Shown here piece after piece: positions 13,779 through 27,600 of a DNA stretch of 64,000 bases. Source of the stretch: Lytechinus pictus (lineage: Eukaryota); contig NC_087246.1 of NCBI RefSeq assembly GCF_037042905.1, forward strand, positions 9,798,001 to 9,862,000, read 5' to 3'. The notes beneath the pieces are model-generated. The model had not been told where the DNA came from, made no database searches, and saw only the letters and a list, made by a program, of their open reading frames with translations. Position 1 is the stretch's first letter, and every line of letters begins with the position of its first letter. A program made the translations under genes and the position numbers.

Positions 13779-14128
13779 GAGCCGTGGTGTAGTGGTTCTG
13801 ACTCTCGCCTTGTAAACAGAGGGACGTGTGTTCGAATCCCACCGCGGTCTAGCGTCCTTTGGCAAGGCGTTAATCCACACTTTGCCACTCTCGACCCAGG
13901 TGCTAAATGGGTACCTGGTAGGATGCGAAAGATATTGTATGTTTGAATTTGCCAGCGCCATCATGAGGCTGCGATGAATGCCAGGAATGCTCCGCAGGGA
14001 GTGGAAATTGTGCACTTTTCGTGCGGGATTGTAATGAATCCAATGACCGGGGTAATAATATGCTGTAACGCGCTTTGAGCCATTCTGGGAAAAGCGCTAT
14101 ATGAAAATTGGCTATTATTATTATTATT
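13779..14128 (+). mobile_element. tRNA-derived SINE
   Basis: Pol III A box TGGTGTAGTGG, B box GTTCGAATCCC, central CTCGACCCAGGTG..AAATGGGTACC body shared with the other two copies, (TAT)n tail. Confidence 0.85.
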
Positions 14129-15306
14129 TACTAACTAATGTATAGGATTAGGACATCATTGACATCTGGATTCATTCATTGCAGTCATGCCTTACTTTGG
14201 TGCAAGTCAAAATTTACATCACTCCAAAGAATACCTACTGATTATCCAATCGTGCACTACACATAAATATGGTATCAAATTATTTGGGAGAAGATAGTCT
14301 TTCCAGCCAAATACTAGTATAATGATTATGCGTATATACTAGTATAATGATTATGACATATTTTTTTTCTTAAATTGGGGACTTGTGAGGTGTCAAGGTT
14401 TTTTTACTCACATGGTATATAGTAATACATTGGGCAGTGGTGAACTCATCTGAAGGTGGCCAATGATGATCATTGATCATGTATCTTTGTTTACAATACA
14501 TCCCTCTGAATGTTATCATCACATGCTAATGACTTGATCTTGTGGTTTTTTCCTCTTGGATTTATGTAAAAAAAGAGAGTACAAGAGATGATTCTGAATG
14601 TGAGCCTTGAAGAAAAGAGGATCTGTTCTTTATATTACCTCTTCAAAGTAATTTATAATTCTGCGCAGCTCACATGTAATTGTGAATTTTATGTCAAAAT
14701 TATGACTTTTGAGCTTCTGGATTACTACTTTTTACTTTTAAAGGTTGGCAGCTCTGGGTAGGGGTGCCCCCCCCCCCCTTTGAGGGCCATAACAAATTTT
14801 TGTTAGGGGAATATGTCGTGCTTGACAAAATTTTCCCAACGTAAATTGGCATTGATTGGGAGGCCAGACCTTGGGGGGGGGGGGGCTTGTTTATTTATTC
14901 TGTACTAACCCCCCCCCCCCGCTTGGAAAATCCTGTATCTGCCCTAATTAGATTGATGTCACCCTTGGCTAGCAGAGATGCCAAGTTCAAAGACCCAGCT
15001 GTGCATGAGATTTTCTGTGACTCTGTGTGAGATCATAGGCATTGTGTGTATAGGTGGGGATTGGCTGTGTCACTTGTGCGAGAGATTTGAGTGGAATAGA
15101 GCAAGAGTCCTAAAGTGGGAGTATTGTGCATTATGTGCGAGGTTTAGCATGTGAGGGCTAAAAGCTTTGGTTGAAGCGGGGGTTGAAGTGATTTTTGAGC
15201 AATTTGTTATTTTAATCCAGTACACCGTCTAAACTCAGATTGTCCAATATCACATCATGGGCTAAATCATTTGTTCTAATATTGATTTGGTCTAATTGCC
15301 AATACT

Positions 15307-15579
15307 CCAGGGCCCTGTCTTACAAAGAGTTGCGATTGATCTGAATCACAGCTATGGACGGCCAGCGACGTCAACATCTATTATGCATGTTTGCATGATC
15401 AAAATATTTTCTATGATGTATTTTCATACCTTCATCGTTTTCTTGAAAATTCACCATGCTTCTCTTTATTTACAAAGGACATTGTGCAAATTTCCTGTAG
15501 AAAAAATTATGACACTGATGGATTTCCATACAGTTATGATTGATGGATCAACGTAACTCTTTGTAAGACAGGGCCCTGG
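15307..15579. mobile_element. MITE (PIF/Harbinger-like, superfamily tentative)
   Basis: Perfect 25-bp TIR CCAGGGCCCTGTCTTACAAAGAGTT / AACTCTTTGTAAGACAGGGCCCTGG. Confidence 0.8.
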
Positions 15580-18500
15580 TATTCACTTTGGCTATTTAGT
15601 CTATAGTGTTGGACTGATGTAGATTTGGCCACTATCTCTCCATCACCCCCATATCTATCTATCTCATTCTTTCTCCCTCTCCTGCTTTTTTTAGAGTGTC
15701 TACATTCCAATTTGCCTACTTTGTTTTTTTGCATTCTTTTTAATGTAAATGTGTTTATCCAATTATATACACTAAGGGGTGTTACTTATAATAACAAGTA
15801 GGCTACATACAAAATGGGTAAGCCTAGATATGGGAATAAGACAAAGTGGTAAATGGGCTCAGTGGCTATGAGAACAAATGGTAGACAAACTGGTTGTAGA
15901 TAAACTGACATCAAGTGTAAAATAGGCAAAGTGGCAATTTATCATATCTCTATGAAGGTTCAATATTATTTAATATTATATGAATTGATGATAGATGTCA
16001 ATGTATCAGGGAGGTCACTTTCCATTCGAAATGGCAATGTCTGTTTCCACTATATTTTTGCCATTCCTATACCATAATTTATAGTCAATGTTTGTTTGAA
16101 CTGATAATAAAATGCTAAGTTACTGGTTAATTGTAACTCTGCTATTATTGAAACTCTGCTATAACCTCAACCAAAAGAAAGAAAGAAAAAATATATTCAT
16201 GGACTTGAAACAACATACTGTTACATAAACAGAATGAACACAAGACTACGCTGTTCAGGATTTTCAATGCTTTTATTCTAACATTGTCCTAATTAAGAAT
16301 GACACCATCAGATGATCTGCACAAGATTTTGTTATACCCATACTAATACTGAGAGCAGGAAATTAAAAAGGACAATTATTGCATATATAATTATATAATT
16401 GATCCAACAGGTGCATTGCGGTATATTGAATCACATATAATTGACAAGATTGGTTTATTCATTGGCAAGAAACACACTTTGATCATAATATGTGCATAAT
16501 ATATTGGAAAGCAAATATTAATGATACGATAAAACACAAATCAAAGCTTTTTTTTTCATTTTTGGTAACAATATACAATTTTCACAAGAACCATTAGCTG
16601 GAAGCACTATGGGTTAAGTAAGTGGATGGAATGCAAACTACATGTATTCTTGTACAACTTTAAACTATAATTATTTGTATAGACTTCAATCTCTAAACCA
16701 CTAATTTTGAACCCTTTTGCTTTCTCAAATACTAGTATTTGAGCTTCATGGCGAAATAATGAACTCTGCTAACTATGAATGTCAGATGACTGAAAAGAGT
16801 ATAACTACCTTGCTAAAAAATAATTCTTACAATAATGAATATTTCATGCACTTCTGAGGCTAATATGAAATCATCAGCTTTAAAATCCTCTTACATTTTG
16901 GTTATTTTCAAAGCTGCTATATTTGGGCTATCATTTCAAAATGATTATAACATACTTCATTTGTTATAGGAGCTTTTTATGGAAAATGAATGCTTCTATC
17001 AAGAATTGTAACCATTTCTTTGTCATGTGGTATTACGGTCTTTCCTTTCTAGCGTAGACATACTGAAAAAAGTATCACGTGACCAATCCTCTATTGTCAT
17101 GCTGTTGATTTCAACACAACGTTAATTCACTCTGAAAACAGTCGTAAGGATTAGAGGACACCAGAGTTGACACATGGCACATGCACAGATGGTTCAATCT
17201 CCAATTTTACCAAATACAGAATATTAGAAGCATCAATCATGCAAAACAAAAGCTCCATATACTCTACACATCACAAAACATTAAAACTGCATCTGAAATA
17301 CAAAATGCAACATATTTTCTGAACGATTTCACTTGTATAAAGATTTACAATTACTTTGTACTAAATATTGCAACTACATGTATGTTGGCTATCAAAATGG
17401 CATTCTACACAAATTCTCATTTATGTTTGCTAATTGCAGTTGTTTGGCTAGTATTTGGCAGCACCAACTTATGGGAATGAATCATACATTTAATTTCACA
17501 AGATACAATCATAAATATTATAAAGACAGTGGAAATGTAGAATATTTTGATATCCCTGAGAAAAGAAATTTCTTGTTTTTTCGCTTCATTTTACAGAATC
17601 ATTTAAATAAAAAAAAATAAAAAAAGACCTAACATAAAGAGTTGTTCAGAATTTTCCTCAACCTATGCAGGTGTATTGTTGGTAAACATACAGTGTACCT
17701 GTCACATTTAAAATATGCTAAGGTATTATAATTTTGCGCTCATGTATAACCATAGTCTTAAAGAGAAACAGTCAGTTCTAACAATTTCAAAATGAGTTCG
17801 TACAAAATCTTATACAATGACCACCCAAGAGTCTTTTGCACTTAAAAAAGAAAAATATGTTCTGGATATGAAATATGTTTCTGGAAGAAATAATGTAATT
17901 GCTGTGAAATTAGCAAACTAAGCATTGGATATGAGTCAAATAACAAATATTTTTAAAGTAATAATATACTGTACCACACATACATAATTAGGATTTCACA
18001 AAGTTCAGTTTATAACAGATCTACATGTAGATCCATGATGATACAGGTATATTGATCTTGGTTTTACACACTTTCTTGTGACATCAGTATTTACTGACTG
18101 CAACTACATGTACTTCCAATTATCTTTAAATGCAGATACAGGCTTGCACACACAAAAAATGAAATCCTTTAGGTAATTACCTGTAAAGACAGAGCTAGCC
18201 CCCCCCCCCTCCATCCCATCCCCCTCTGGTGGAAAGATGAAAAAGACATAATCCATCCCTAAATTGGATTCAATTATAATATGAATCCTAACTTGCAGGT
18301 ATCAGACTTGACAATTGGGTAGAACTTAATTTAGAACACAATACAACCTCCATGTATTAAAACCTCTTTCAAATGCTCATGTATGGATTTCAAACAGACA
18401 CTACATGATCCATGTATATAATATTACATGTATGTTTACCATAAATTATACATACTAAAGAACACAAATTTGATGGAATACATACATACAGAATACCAGG

Positions 18501-18674
18501 GAAATTCTCCTGAAGTACCCAAAGTGTGGTACCCCATCCCCCTTCTTATTTGGTCAATTGCATACTACGTATGCTACTAATTCAGCACCACTTTTTTTCA
18601 ATATGTTGCAAGTTCAACTGATTCATTTATAAGTACATGTACATGAATTTAAGTATATGAACGGATGTATTAAG

Positions 18675-18952
18675 TAAAGGTCTAGTGGTTAAGACTATCG
18701 TCTTTTAAATCTGAGAGACATGGGTTCGATTTCAAGCCATGGTGTGTTTTCCTTCAGCAAGAAATCTACCCACATTGTGCTGCACTCAACCCAGGTGAGG
18801 TAAATGGGTACTTGCAGGAAGTAATTCATCAAAAAGATGTGAGCACTGGAATCAGTAGACTAGCTTAGCCGGGGTAATATAGGAGCACCTTGAGCACCTA
18901 ACAAGGTGGATATGCGTGCTATAAAAATCCTATATTATTATTAAATTATTAT
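18675..18952 (+). mobile_element. Degenerate tRNA-derived SINE
   Basis: TCTAGTGGTTAAG (A box), GGGTTCGATT (B box), CACTCAACCCAGGTGAGGTAAATGGGTAC body, (TAT)n tail. Confidence 0.75.
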
Positions 18953-18956
18953 CATA

Positions 18957-19918
18957 ACAAGTGGAATGCCTCTGGCCGTCTCACCTGCATCACGCGATTC
19001 AATATAGCAGCAGTGCTGATTTTGAAAACTACTATAACTGGCACAAGATGTTCAGTGATACTTGGTTACTCTTATTTCCATGTTTTATGAACTAGACCAA
19101 TACACTTATAGAGATATGATGGCAATTCAACAAATACCCCCAACGTGGCCAAAGTTCTTTGACCTTACATGACCTTTGACCTTGATCATGTGACCTGAAA
19201 CTCGCACAGGATGTTCAGTGATACTTGATTACTATTATGTCCAAGTTTTATGAACTAGACCAACACACTTTCAAATTTATGGCTGTAATTCAACAAATAC
19301 CCCAATTTGGCCAAAGTTCATTGACCCTAAATGACCTTTGACCTTGATCATGTGACCTGAAACTTGCACAGGATGTTCAGTAATACTTGATTACTATTAT
19401 GTCCAAGTTTCATGAATCAGATCCATAAACTTTCAAAGTTATGATGGTAATTCAACAGATACCCCCAATTCGGCCAAAGTTCATTGACCCTAAATGACCT
19501 TTGACCTTGGTCATGTGACGTGAAACTCATGCAGGATGTTCAGTGATACTTGATTAACCTTATGTATAAGTTTCATGAACTAGGTCCATATATTTTCTAA
19601 GTTATGATGACATTTCAAAAACTTAACCTTAGGTTAAGATTTTGATGTTGATTCCCCCAACATGGTCTAAGTTCATTGACCCTAAATGACCTTTGACCTT
19701 GGTCATGTGACATGAAACTCAGGCAGGATGTTCAGTAATACTTGATTAACCTTATGGCCAAGTTTCATGAACTAGGTCCATATACTTTCTAAGTTATGCT
19801 GTCATTTCAAAAACTTAACCTCAGGTTAAGATTTGGTGTTGACGCCGCCGCCGCCGTCGCCGCCGCCGCCGTCGGAAAAGCGGCGCCTATAGTCTCACTC
19901 TGCTATGCAGGTGAGACA
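18957..19918 (-). mobile_element. HINE-type element, copy 2 (reverse complement of 11571-12530)
   Basis: Near-identical reverse complement over the whole length, with only scattered substitutions seen. Confidence 0.85.
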
Positions 19919-21567
19919 AAAACTAATTCTTGCAGAGAAAACAAAGCAAATGTTGCTAAATCAACTGAATAGAAGACAATTTTCGAACTGTTATCTTATA
20001 CATACTTTTGTCTTTAGTTACAGTCTTTAATACAAAGAAGTTTATTGACACTTGACCCAAATGAACAGCCTTCTTCCTGTTTAATTACTGATTATCAACT
20101 GATCTCATTATCAACGAGTCAAAGTCCTCACTTTGAAAGGTAATTTTTTTGCATTGTAGCATTGACTACAAACAAGAAATACAATACAAAGATGATACTA
20201 GTGTGTTTATTGCAATCAATGGGTCATCAGATAAACCACAGTATCAAATGTGAAAACTCAAATGAAGATCACTGATTATACTGCTTAAATGCACAAATAG
20301 CTGCGCGAATGGGTTTGGATCAGCAAAATCTGTATGATTTTTCTGAGTTTTATTTTAGAAAACTTTCAAAAAATGAGAATACATGAACTTCAATTCTGTG
20401 CTGGCCCCCAAATCAATCATTTTTGGAATGTCTTCTCTTTTCATCGGTTTACAGCCACTTGGTCTATTACCAGTTGGTCTAATTCCTAACCAGTTTCACT
20501 TTTTCTTTTGCAACTGATTCACTGGTCTACTAACAGTAGAAGGTTTTTAATGATTTGCCATAATTGATTGAATTAGTAATCAAAAGCAAACTAATTTCTT
20601 GTAACAACCTGTGTCTCATAAACCACTATTAAAACAAGCTGTCAGTTTGTCTAATGTTTAATGTTGGGTTTTTAAATAGTTATAATCCCTGCTCAATTAT
20701 GCATTTTCCATCGCATGAATGTGACAAATATGAACCCAAGTTTATTTTCTTCTATAGATTCTCCCATTATCAATTTTCATCAAGTATAATTTCATGGTTA
20801 TGTTTGCATTAGTAATCAATTGCATCAGTGGCATACTTCAAAATAGGTCAGATTTATCCAGAAAGGTCTGCTAAATTTAGCAAACATGATAATAAGCTGA
20901 CTCAAGTACAGTATCAAGGACATTTGATATTTCATTGCTAACAGACTATCAGTGAATATTACTTTGAACTCAAACAAACAATATAAGATAACATAAACTC
21001 ATCTCCTTATTTAGTGCTTTGATCAAGATTGTAATTTTAAGATTTCAGAATTTCAATTAAAAATCAAGTCTACCTGATAAAAACACACAGTATGGTAACT
21101 CCACTAATAACTCCCACTAGAGTTAGAAAGTTTTACACAGAATTACCAAAATTGGCCAGGTTAGACAATATTCCAATAAATGTTAATCATCTTCAATTTT
21201 CTTAGATGTCAGTTGCAATTTAAATAGCAAAAAAATTTAACAAATAAAAATTTCATAAGAGTGATCTCCATTTAGGTCCTCACAAAACATAATGTGTGCA
21301 TATACATGTAATGTCACAATTTTTCACTTTTGAAGTAATGTTCATATAATCTGGCAGGAATTTAAAAAAAATCAGAATTGGCAAGAATGAATTACCTACA
21401 TGTAGTATTCCTGATTTCAATAATTTGTTTTATGATGCATTCGAAGAGGCAATTGAATTGCTACTCGTTAGAAGACCATAAGGCAGCCATTGTCCAAGCT
21501 AGGGCAGACATAGTCCTCAGGAGATATGGTGTAAAGGAATGTACATCACCGTTCTTCACACTGATTT

Positions 21568-21618
21568 TTACATTCTCTTGTAGAGACGAATACATTCAAT
21601 GTTTCCCAAAATGCATGT
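21568..21618 (-). CDS. FABP-family exon 4
   Basis: ttcacag|ACA TGC ATT TTG GGA AAC ATT GAA TGT ATT CGT CTC TAC AAG AGA ATG TAA, with the R-L-Y ligand motif. Confidence 0.9.
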   Translation of the reverse strand, partial: TCILGNIECIRLYKRM

Positions 21619-24600
21619 CTGTGAATTGATCAATGATTAAAAAAAAATCAACATTTAGTATATTAATAATTTAGGCCTTACATGTATAGCCACTGTTCTA
21701 TGGGAGATATACTTCTACATGTATGTAATAGAACGAATGGGGAAATTCAAATTGGCACAAAAATTTCTAGGGTGAATGAGTGGGATGTGAGGCAGTGCTG
21801 CACCAGCCCGTGTTTGCTCTAATCTCGAGATTTTAGCCTGATCAGCTCTATTTGCGATTAATCTCGAGATTCTGTGCCTGTATATCTGTTCAATCTTGGG
21901 AGTTTTAATTTGAATAAATATGGCCTGTTTCACGGTTAGGCGCCACTTTTCCCTTTTTTCAGGTTTTGGTCCGCTGCACAAAATAGCAGTAGCTAGATGA
22001 AATGTTTTGGTATGCACATGACAGACCCATATAGGGTCTACATCCTCCCATAACGAAAGTCCAACTCAAAAGTGTCTGTGCGCAGTCGTACAAGATGTGT
22101 CTAAATTGGACCTAGCTGATGTCAACCTGGCAAACATGCCTTTCTTCTCAACTTTGCCATCCCTTAACTAATCTAGATATTGGCCAAATAAATAGTAGGC
22201 CTATTTCTTATATAATGGATGGTGGAAAGAAATCATAAGACTTTGAAAAAAATCTGATTATTCTTTAGTACATTTTTTTCAAAGCCAAATTCGTCATGCG
22301 GATGTTGTCTAGGTTCACATTTTTTGAAATATTTTGGATAACTTGTCATTGTGGACAAAAAAGATGTTTGTACTTGAAAATGATAATTTTTACACATTAT
22401 CTCACAAAAATTGGTAAGTTCTTCTTTGTGCTTTTCTTTATACTTACAATCTTCTTTTCATAATAAGCATATAACATGAAAGTTCCATTGTTTCGATCAA
22501 AGCAGGTTTTTATACCATGTGTAAAATATCAATGCCTTTTATACATAAATTATGACATAATACGACTAGTCATTACTAATGTCTCTCCTTTGATTTAGTT
22601 GGAACATGTACATTGACAGTTTATGTGCGGATGTGACATTTTTTTATGTGAACGGACAGATTATCTCTTACCAAATATCTCAGCTTTGCTAGGCCTTTAA
22701 TACCCTAAAAAACAATACTTGGTACAGTGTAACATGATATAAATTCATTGATATGATGAAATTAGATGAGGAATTAAATATAAAATTGGGATAATTGTCA
22801 TCTTTAATTGTTGATCTGTCCGTTCACATCTGAATTTTCCCATCCACACATAATGATGTTGAAAATTTTTAGAATTCTGAGGGTAAGCTTTAAAGTCATG
22901 AGACTACCATATCCGAGTAATGGAAATGCTGACAGGAATATTTAATGAGGAAAACTGATCAAAATGGAATATACGAAAAGTAGTGCGCAATTATGAAACT
23001 GAATTTGATGAAGAAATATATCAGCCACAAAAATATAAAATTTGTTATATAGATTACATAAGAAATATCCTCAGAATCAGAAACCAGATGCTATATTTGT
23101 AGAAGAAATGTGAATGACAGAACTGACATAATGTCAAGCAATTAACTCCTTTTGGCAGGCATCCTGTACATGTATGTGTGTCAACTTTATTTCCTTTAAA
23201 CAGGAAGGAGATCAATGTTCACAATTCACATTTAACCTCAAAGTCAAATGAACTTTTGAACTTCCTTTTAGGTTATAACAGATCAAAAAGTTGTCAAGTT
23301 CACAAATGACACTTGGCATAAGTTGGCATCTTTATGAGTCCAGTACACTTTAATGATCCACTTTACAAATGGTTGTGTTATAAATGAGGGTATAGGCACA
23401 GTCTAATCAAATACTGTAAAATTACTTTGCATTGCAAGTAAACATCACATAAGATTTTTGCATTAACAGCTGTTCTCTTATACACAATTTCAGATACTTA
23501 TAAAGATGAAATGTTGCAAAAATCTTATTTGATGTTTATATGCAATGAAATTACTGGGGTAAAATTGGGGTTCAGAATGGGTGATACAAATGTGATGCAA
23601 TAAGCACTTTAAAATTCCAATGGTGTGAAGTTATTGCAATGGTGGCAACTTCATATTGTCTGAAAATTATCTCCTAGTTCCTGAAGAGAATCTTTCCAGG
23701 CCAAAATGTATTTCCGCTCTTGTAACCAATATAAAACAGAGCTTTTCTGAGCCGTTTCTCAAAATTCTTTAATTATGAGATACAAGGTTTTATCAGCATA
23801 TATACAGTGCATCACTGACTGTATTGGTTGTATTATACTGGAGGTATTCATATTTTATCAATTAAATTGCACATCAAATTTATGTATGCACTGCCACTAA
23901 GGCATGACTTTAATATTACACCTCAGACTTTGTGAAATGTCCCTAGGTCACAGCTTCAAACTTTTGAAATTACATAAAATCTGAAAATAAAAAACAAATT
24001 AGACCCGCAATGCACTGTTTTAAATAACTTGACGACACAACATACATTGCATTGCATTTTCTTTTGTTCGACAGCCACACCCTTCAGAAAATATTGCTAT
24101 ATGGTCATGCCACAGAATATCCAAATTCAATCCAATACCTATCAGTGCATGGTATATTCATTTTATTTAGAACGATATTGATATAAAATGATCAAAATCA
24201 AACATACACCTGTAAATATACCCAAAAATAAAGAAAACGTTGTGTACATATAGAACAGGAGCTTATTGCACCAAAATTTACTACATTGATATATTGTTGA
24301 TACTGAACATAATGCACGTGCAACCCTGATCTTGATGGCAGCTGTTTTGTGACTGATGTAAAATCTTTGTGTTACACAGTCCTCTTGAAAGGTTTCTACT
24401 ATAAATACGAGATTGTCCATGCATTATTGAGTTAAGTACCGGGCGGTAGTCAAAAGTCAGAGCTGCATCTTTTGCTAGGGAATCCCGCAAACAGCCTTTC
24501 TCTGATTCTTCATTTCATCTTCTACAGACAAAAAAATGAGGAATGCAGAAAAGTTTCTTTGAAAAGACGCATAATGCCTTGAAAGCAGGATTCCTGCAAA

Positions 24601-27600
24601 ATTATGCAGCAGGTCAGGCCACTTACCACTTTTAGATCTTTGTTTGCATCTAGCTCCCTGATATAAGTACAATCCTTGCCATCTCCTTCTGCTCCAATGG
24701 TAGATTCTTTCTGTATCAGCTTGCCATCATCCAATGTCACTGTTGACTAAGTAATATAATGCAACACAAATCAGGAAAAAATAATTGCTCCCCTATGTTC
24801 AAAGGTTAAAAATATGTCTGGCCAGACTGCTTAAATTATGTTCTTTAAAAAAAATGATATAAATTGGAAAGCCAACACAAGGAACAATCTTTTGGTATAC
24901 ACTATTTACATGGTTGGCCATCATATTCACTCAGCATGCAATATCAAGTCAAGAAAATAAAATTTGTACCAGCTCTCTTTAGTTTCATTTGTTAAATTGT
25001 ATTCTTCTTAACTTGTTGCCAACTGCAACCAGATGGCAACTGTACAAAGTCTATGGGAATTACAGAATTCAATGGGTTTATATAATATGAAACTTAATTT
25101 TAGGTATGCAAAATTCTACTCCTTCCGACTACAAAAGGGAAGGGAAAACTTGTACAGAGATTTTGTATTTATTATTGCCTTCTTTCCTTCCTTCCTTTTC
25201 AAACTAACTTAAATATATCTCAATTGTGCATTTTACAAGTTTGATCACCCTACCCCTGCAGCAAGTTCTGTTCACCCTGTTCAAATTAGAAGGTAAATAT
25301 TGTGTGATAATACACACCTTGACCTTCCTACCATCTGGGGTGGTGGTTTCAAACTCCTTGCCAATGTCAAATTCAAGCTTTGTGGTCTTGAATGTTGATA
25401 CAGATGTCAAGCTGTAATGATCATCCTTGTTCTCGACGTTTAGTTCTGGCGTCACTTTGTTGCCAATCTTTCGCAGAAAATAATTCACTCCTGCAAGTAT
25501 GAAGAAAAATATGGAGGCTTTAAGGATAATTCCTTTTCTAGGTGTTTGTCCTTTACAGGACCCCAGCAATCCAATGTAGGCTGACTCCTATTCAATCCTG
25601 CATGTTTTTATTTTGTTTTTCTCTGAATACATTATAGAGGTTTATCAAAATCTATATGATTAACCATAATTCCTTTATGTTTGAATTACCATTACGACAT
25701 AGTTAACATTATACATAGTTTTCATGCTACTTCCCCTTGTGACAACACCTCAGACATACCTCATGCTTTAATAGTTACTCACGCTCGTCCCCCCAATCTC
25801 TTTCTCATGTCTGTATCATAGCTTATTATTTATTTCATGCTCAGGCAGAGCTAGTCTTTAAAATTGGTAAGCCTGTCACTTGTAATTTATCAATGAGCTG
25901 ACTTTATAAGGTGCTTACAGTATTTCTCAATTTGACCGATGTCTTACTAAAAACAGGGCCGCGGAACGGTTTTCAAAGGGGGGTGGACCATGCAAAAAAA
26001 TCACAATCATATGGTTATTTTTACGTTTTTGTACACGGTTTTGGAAAAAAAGTGGGGGGGGGGGGGCTGAAGCACCTCCCCCCCCCCCCCCCGCTTCCGC
26101 GGCCCCTGAAAAAGGTCCATGGATGACCAAAACTGAATAATCTAGATGTTAAGCATGTTAAGTGTTAAGCATTCTGATGCATCAGCAAAGCCTGTCATGT
26201 TCCCCTATTATAATGTGGTTGCTTTGCTATCAATGATACACTTTCTATATGTACAAATAACCAATTGAAATCAGGCTGGGAGATCTGTTGAAGTTACCAG
26301 GTGCTGGATGGCACAGTTACCAACAACCTTTGTGAAATATGGCCCCAAAACAAAGATGATGAGGATTGAGGATACATGCCATTATTGGATGAGTATGTGC
26401 TGACATGTGACAACTCAAACCACCGTTTACTAGACGATATTTGCTTGGATGATAGCTTTAATAGTTACCATGCAGGGTGTATTATTTCTTGGGGTCAACA
26501 AATGCTCAAAATAGAATGGCATCATGTTTTCATGATGGTGATAAGTCGATCATCATCATCATCATCCTAGATGAGCTTGATTTGCTGCAGAGGCAGCTCA
26601 AAACATCATCATCAGACATCAGACAGACTAGGCCCAGGCCAGGGAATTGTTTGTTAAACAATTCAAATTCCCATCATGATGACATTGGTATCATCATCAT
26701 GTCTTTCATTAACCCAGGGGGAAGAAGTTCTGTCTCGTTCTCCTGTCAAAATTGAAAACAAAATGGCCGATCGATACTGAGAATGAACGCGACATACAGG
26801 TCTAACGTTAACTTTTCCTTTTTTTGAGAGTCCAGTTTGTGCCTCGATGTCAGGATTCTGTGTCCCGATAGACCTTCATCCATATAATCGAGGCAAGTGC
26901 ATAATTTATTTTTACCCCTTTTATTTGGAATGCTATTGCGACCTTATTCTACCCCATTTTTGGAAAGTACTACACGGACGAGTCCTGGGCTCCGGCCCAC
27001 TCCCTGGGCCTGGGTTAGTCTTTCATGAATCACTTCTCAACTTCAAGAGTATACCCAATTCGCGGGCCGGATCCCTGGGTTACCCAACAAATTGTCAGCA
27101 TTATCCTGCATTCACCACTATTGTAGAGCTGTAGTGTGAACAGGGTTTTATGTGTTCTTCATTATTCTTGATCATCCTCTCTTCTCTTGTTAGTCGTCAA
27201 AATTCCATCTTTTCTTCCATCACCTTCTTTACATTCATTTCAACATACCAGATTCACTCTTCCATCCCTTTCTTTTGTTCATGCTCATGTTCACTCATAC
27301 TTGACTCTTGCCAAGTTCTTATTCTCTGATTGGTTCTCTCCCTCTGACTTAGGTTCATTAATATTCATTAGCAGCTATTCATTTCCATGTATATTCATGT
27401 ATTTCTTTTATTAAATATTTGCTATCTTTGATATTTGAATATTCATTATTTACCTTTGTTATATATAAATCATGCATGTTAATATTTTATGCCAAATAAA
27501 CGCCTGAGGTTTAAAGTTATTCAGCCCAGGGCAGTTCATCACAGGCAATCATTGAGTGAGGTTGTCTCATGACTCATGTCTCTGTAAGTTTTTAGAACCA

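Larger units (their letters stand above)
9785..14756. mobile_element. hAT-like non-autonomous element with 6-bp TSD, host to nested insertions
   Basis: Ends CAGACCTGCCAAC ... GTTGGCAGCTCTG. GGTAGG is duplicated at 9779-9784 and 14757-14762. It interrupts a CAATGGCAGATCCAGG...CCTGTATCTGCCC MITE (about 9765-14946). Confidence 0.65.

Noticed and set aside
13779..13855. tRNA gene
   Set aside because: A and B boxes run into a SINE body and (TAT)n tail, and no convincing cloverleaf is present.
11571..19918. Composite transposon or inversion bounded by the two inverted HINE copies
   Set aside because: Copy 1 lies inside older elements whose right ends (13356, 14756) are still correctly oriented, and no shared TSD flanks the pair. 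These are independent insertions.
24163..24490. FABP exon 4 candidates (TQRFY, SRIYSR)
   Set aside because: No good phase-0 acceptor. The exon at 21568-21618 has a proper acceptor, motif and stop.
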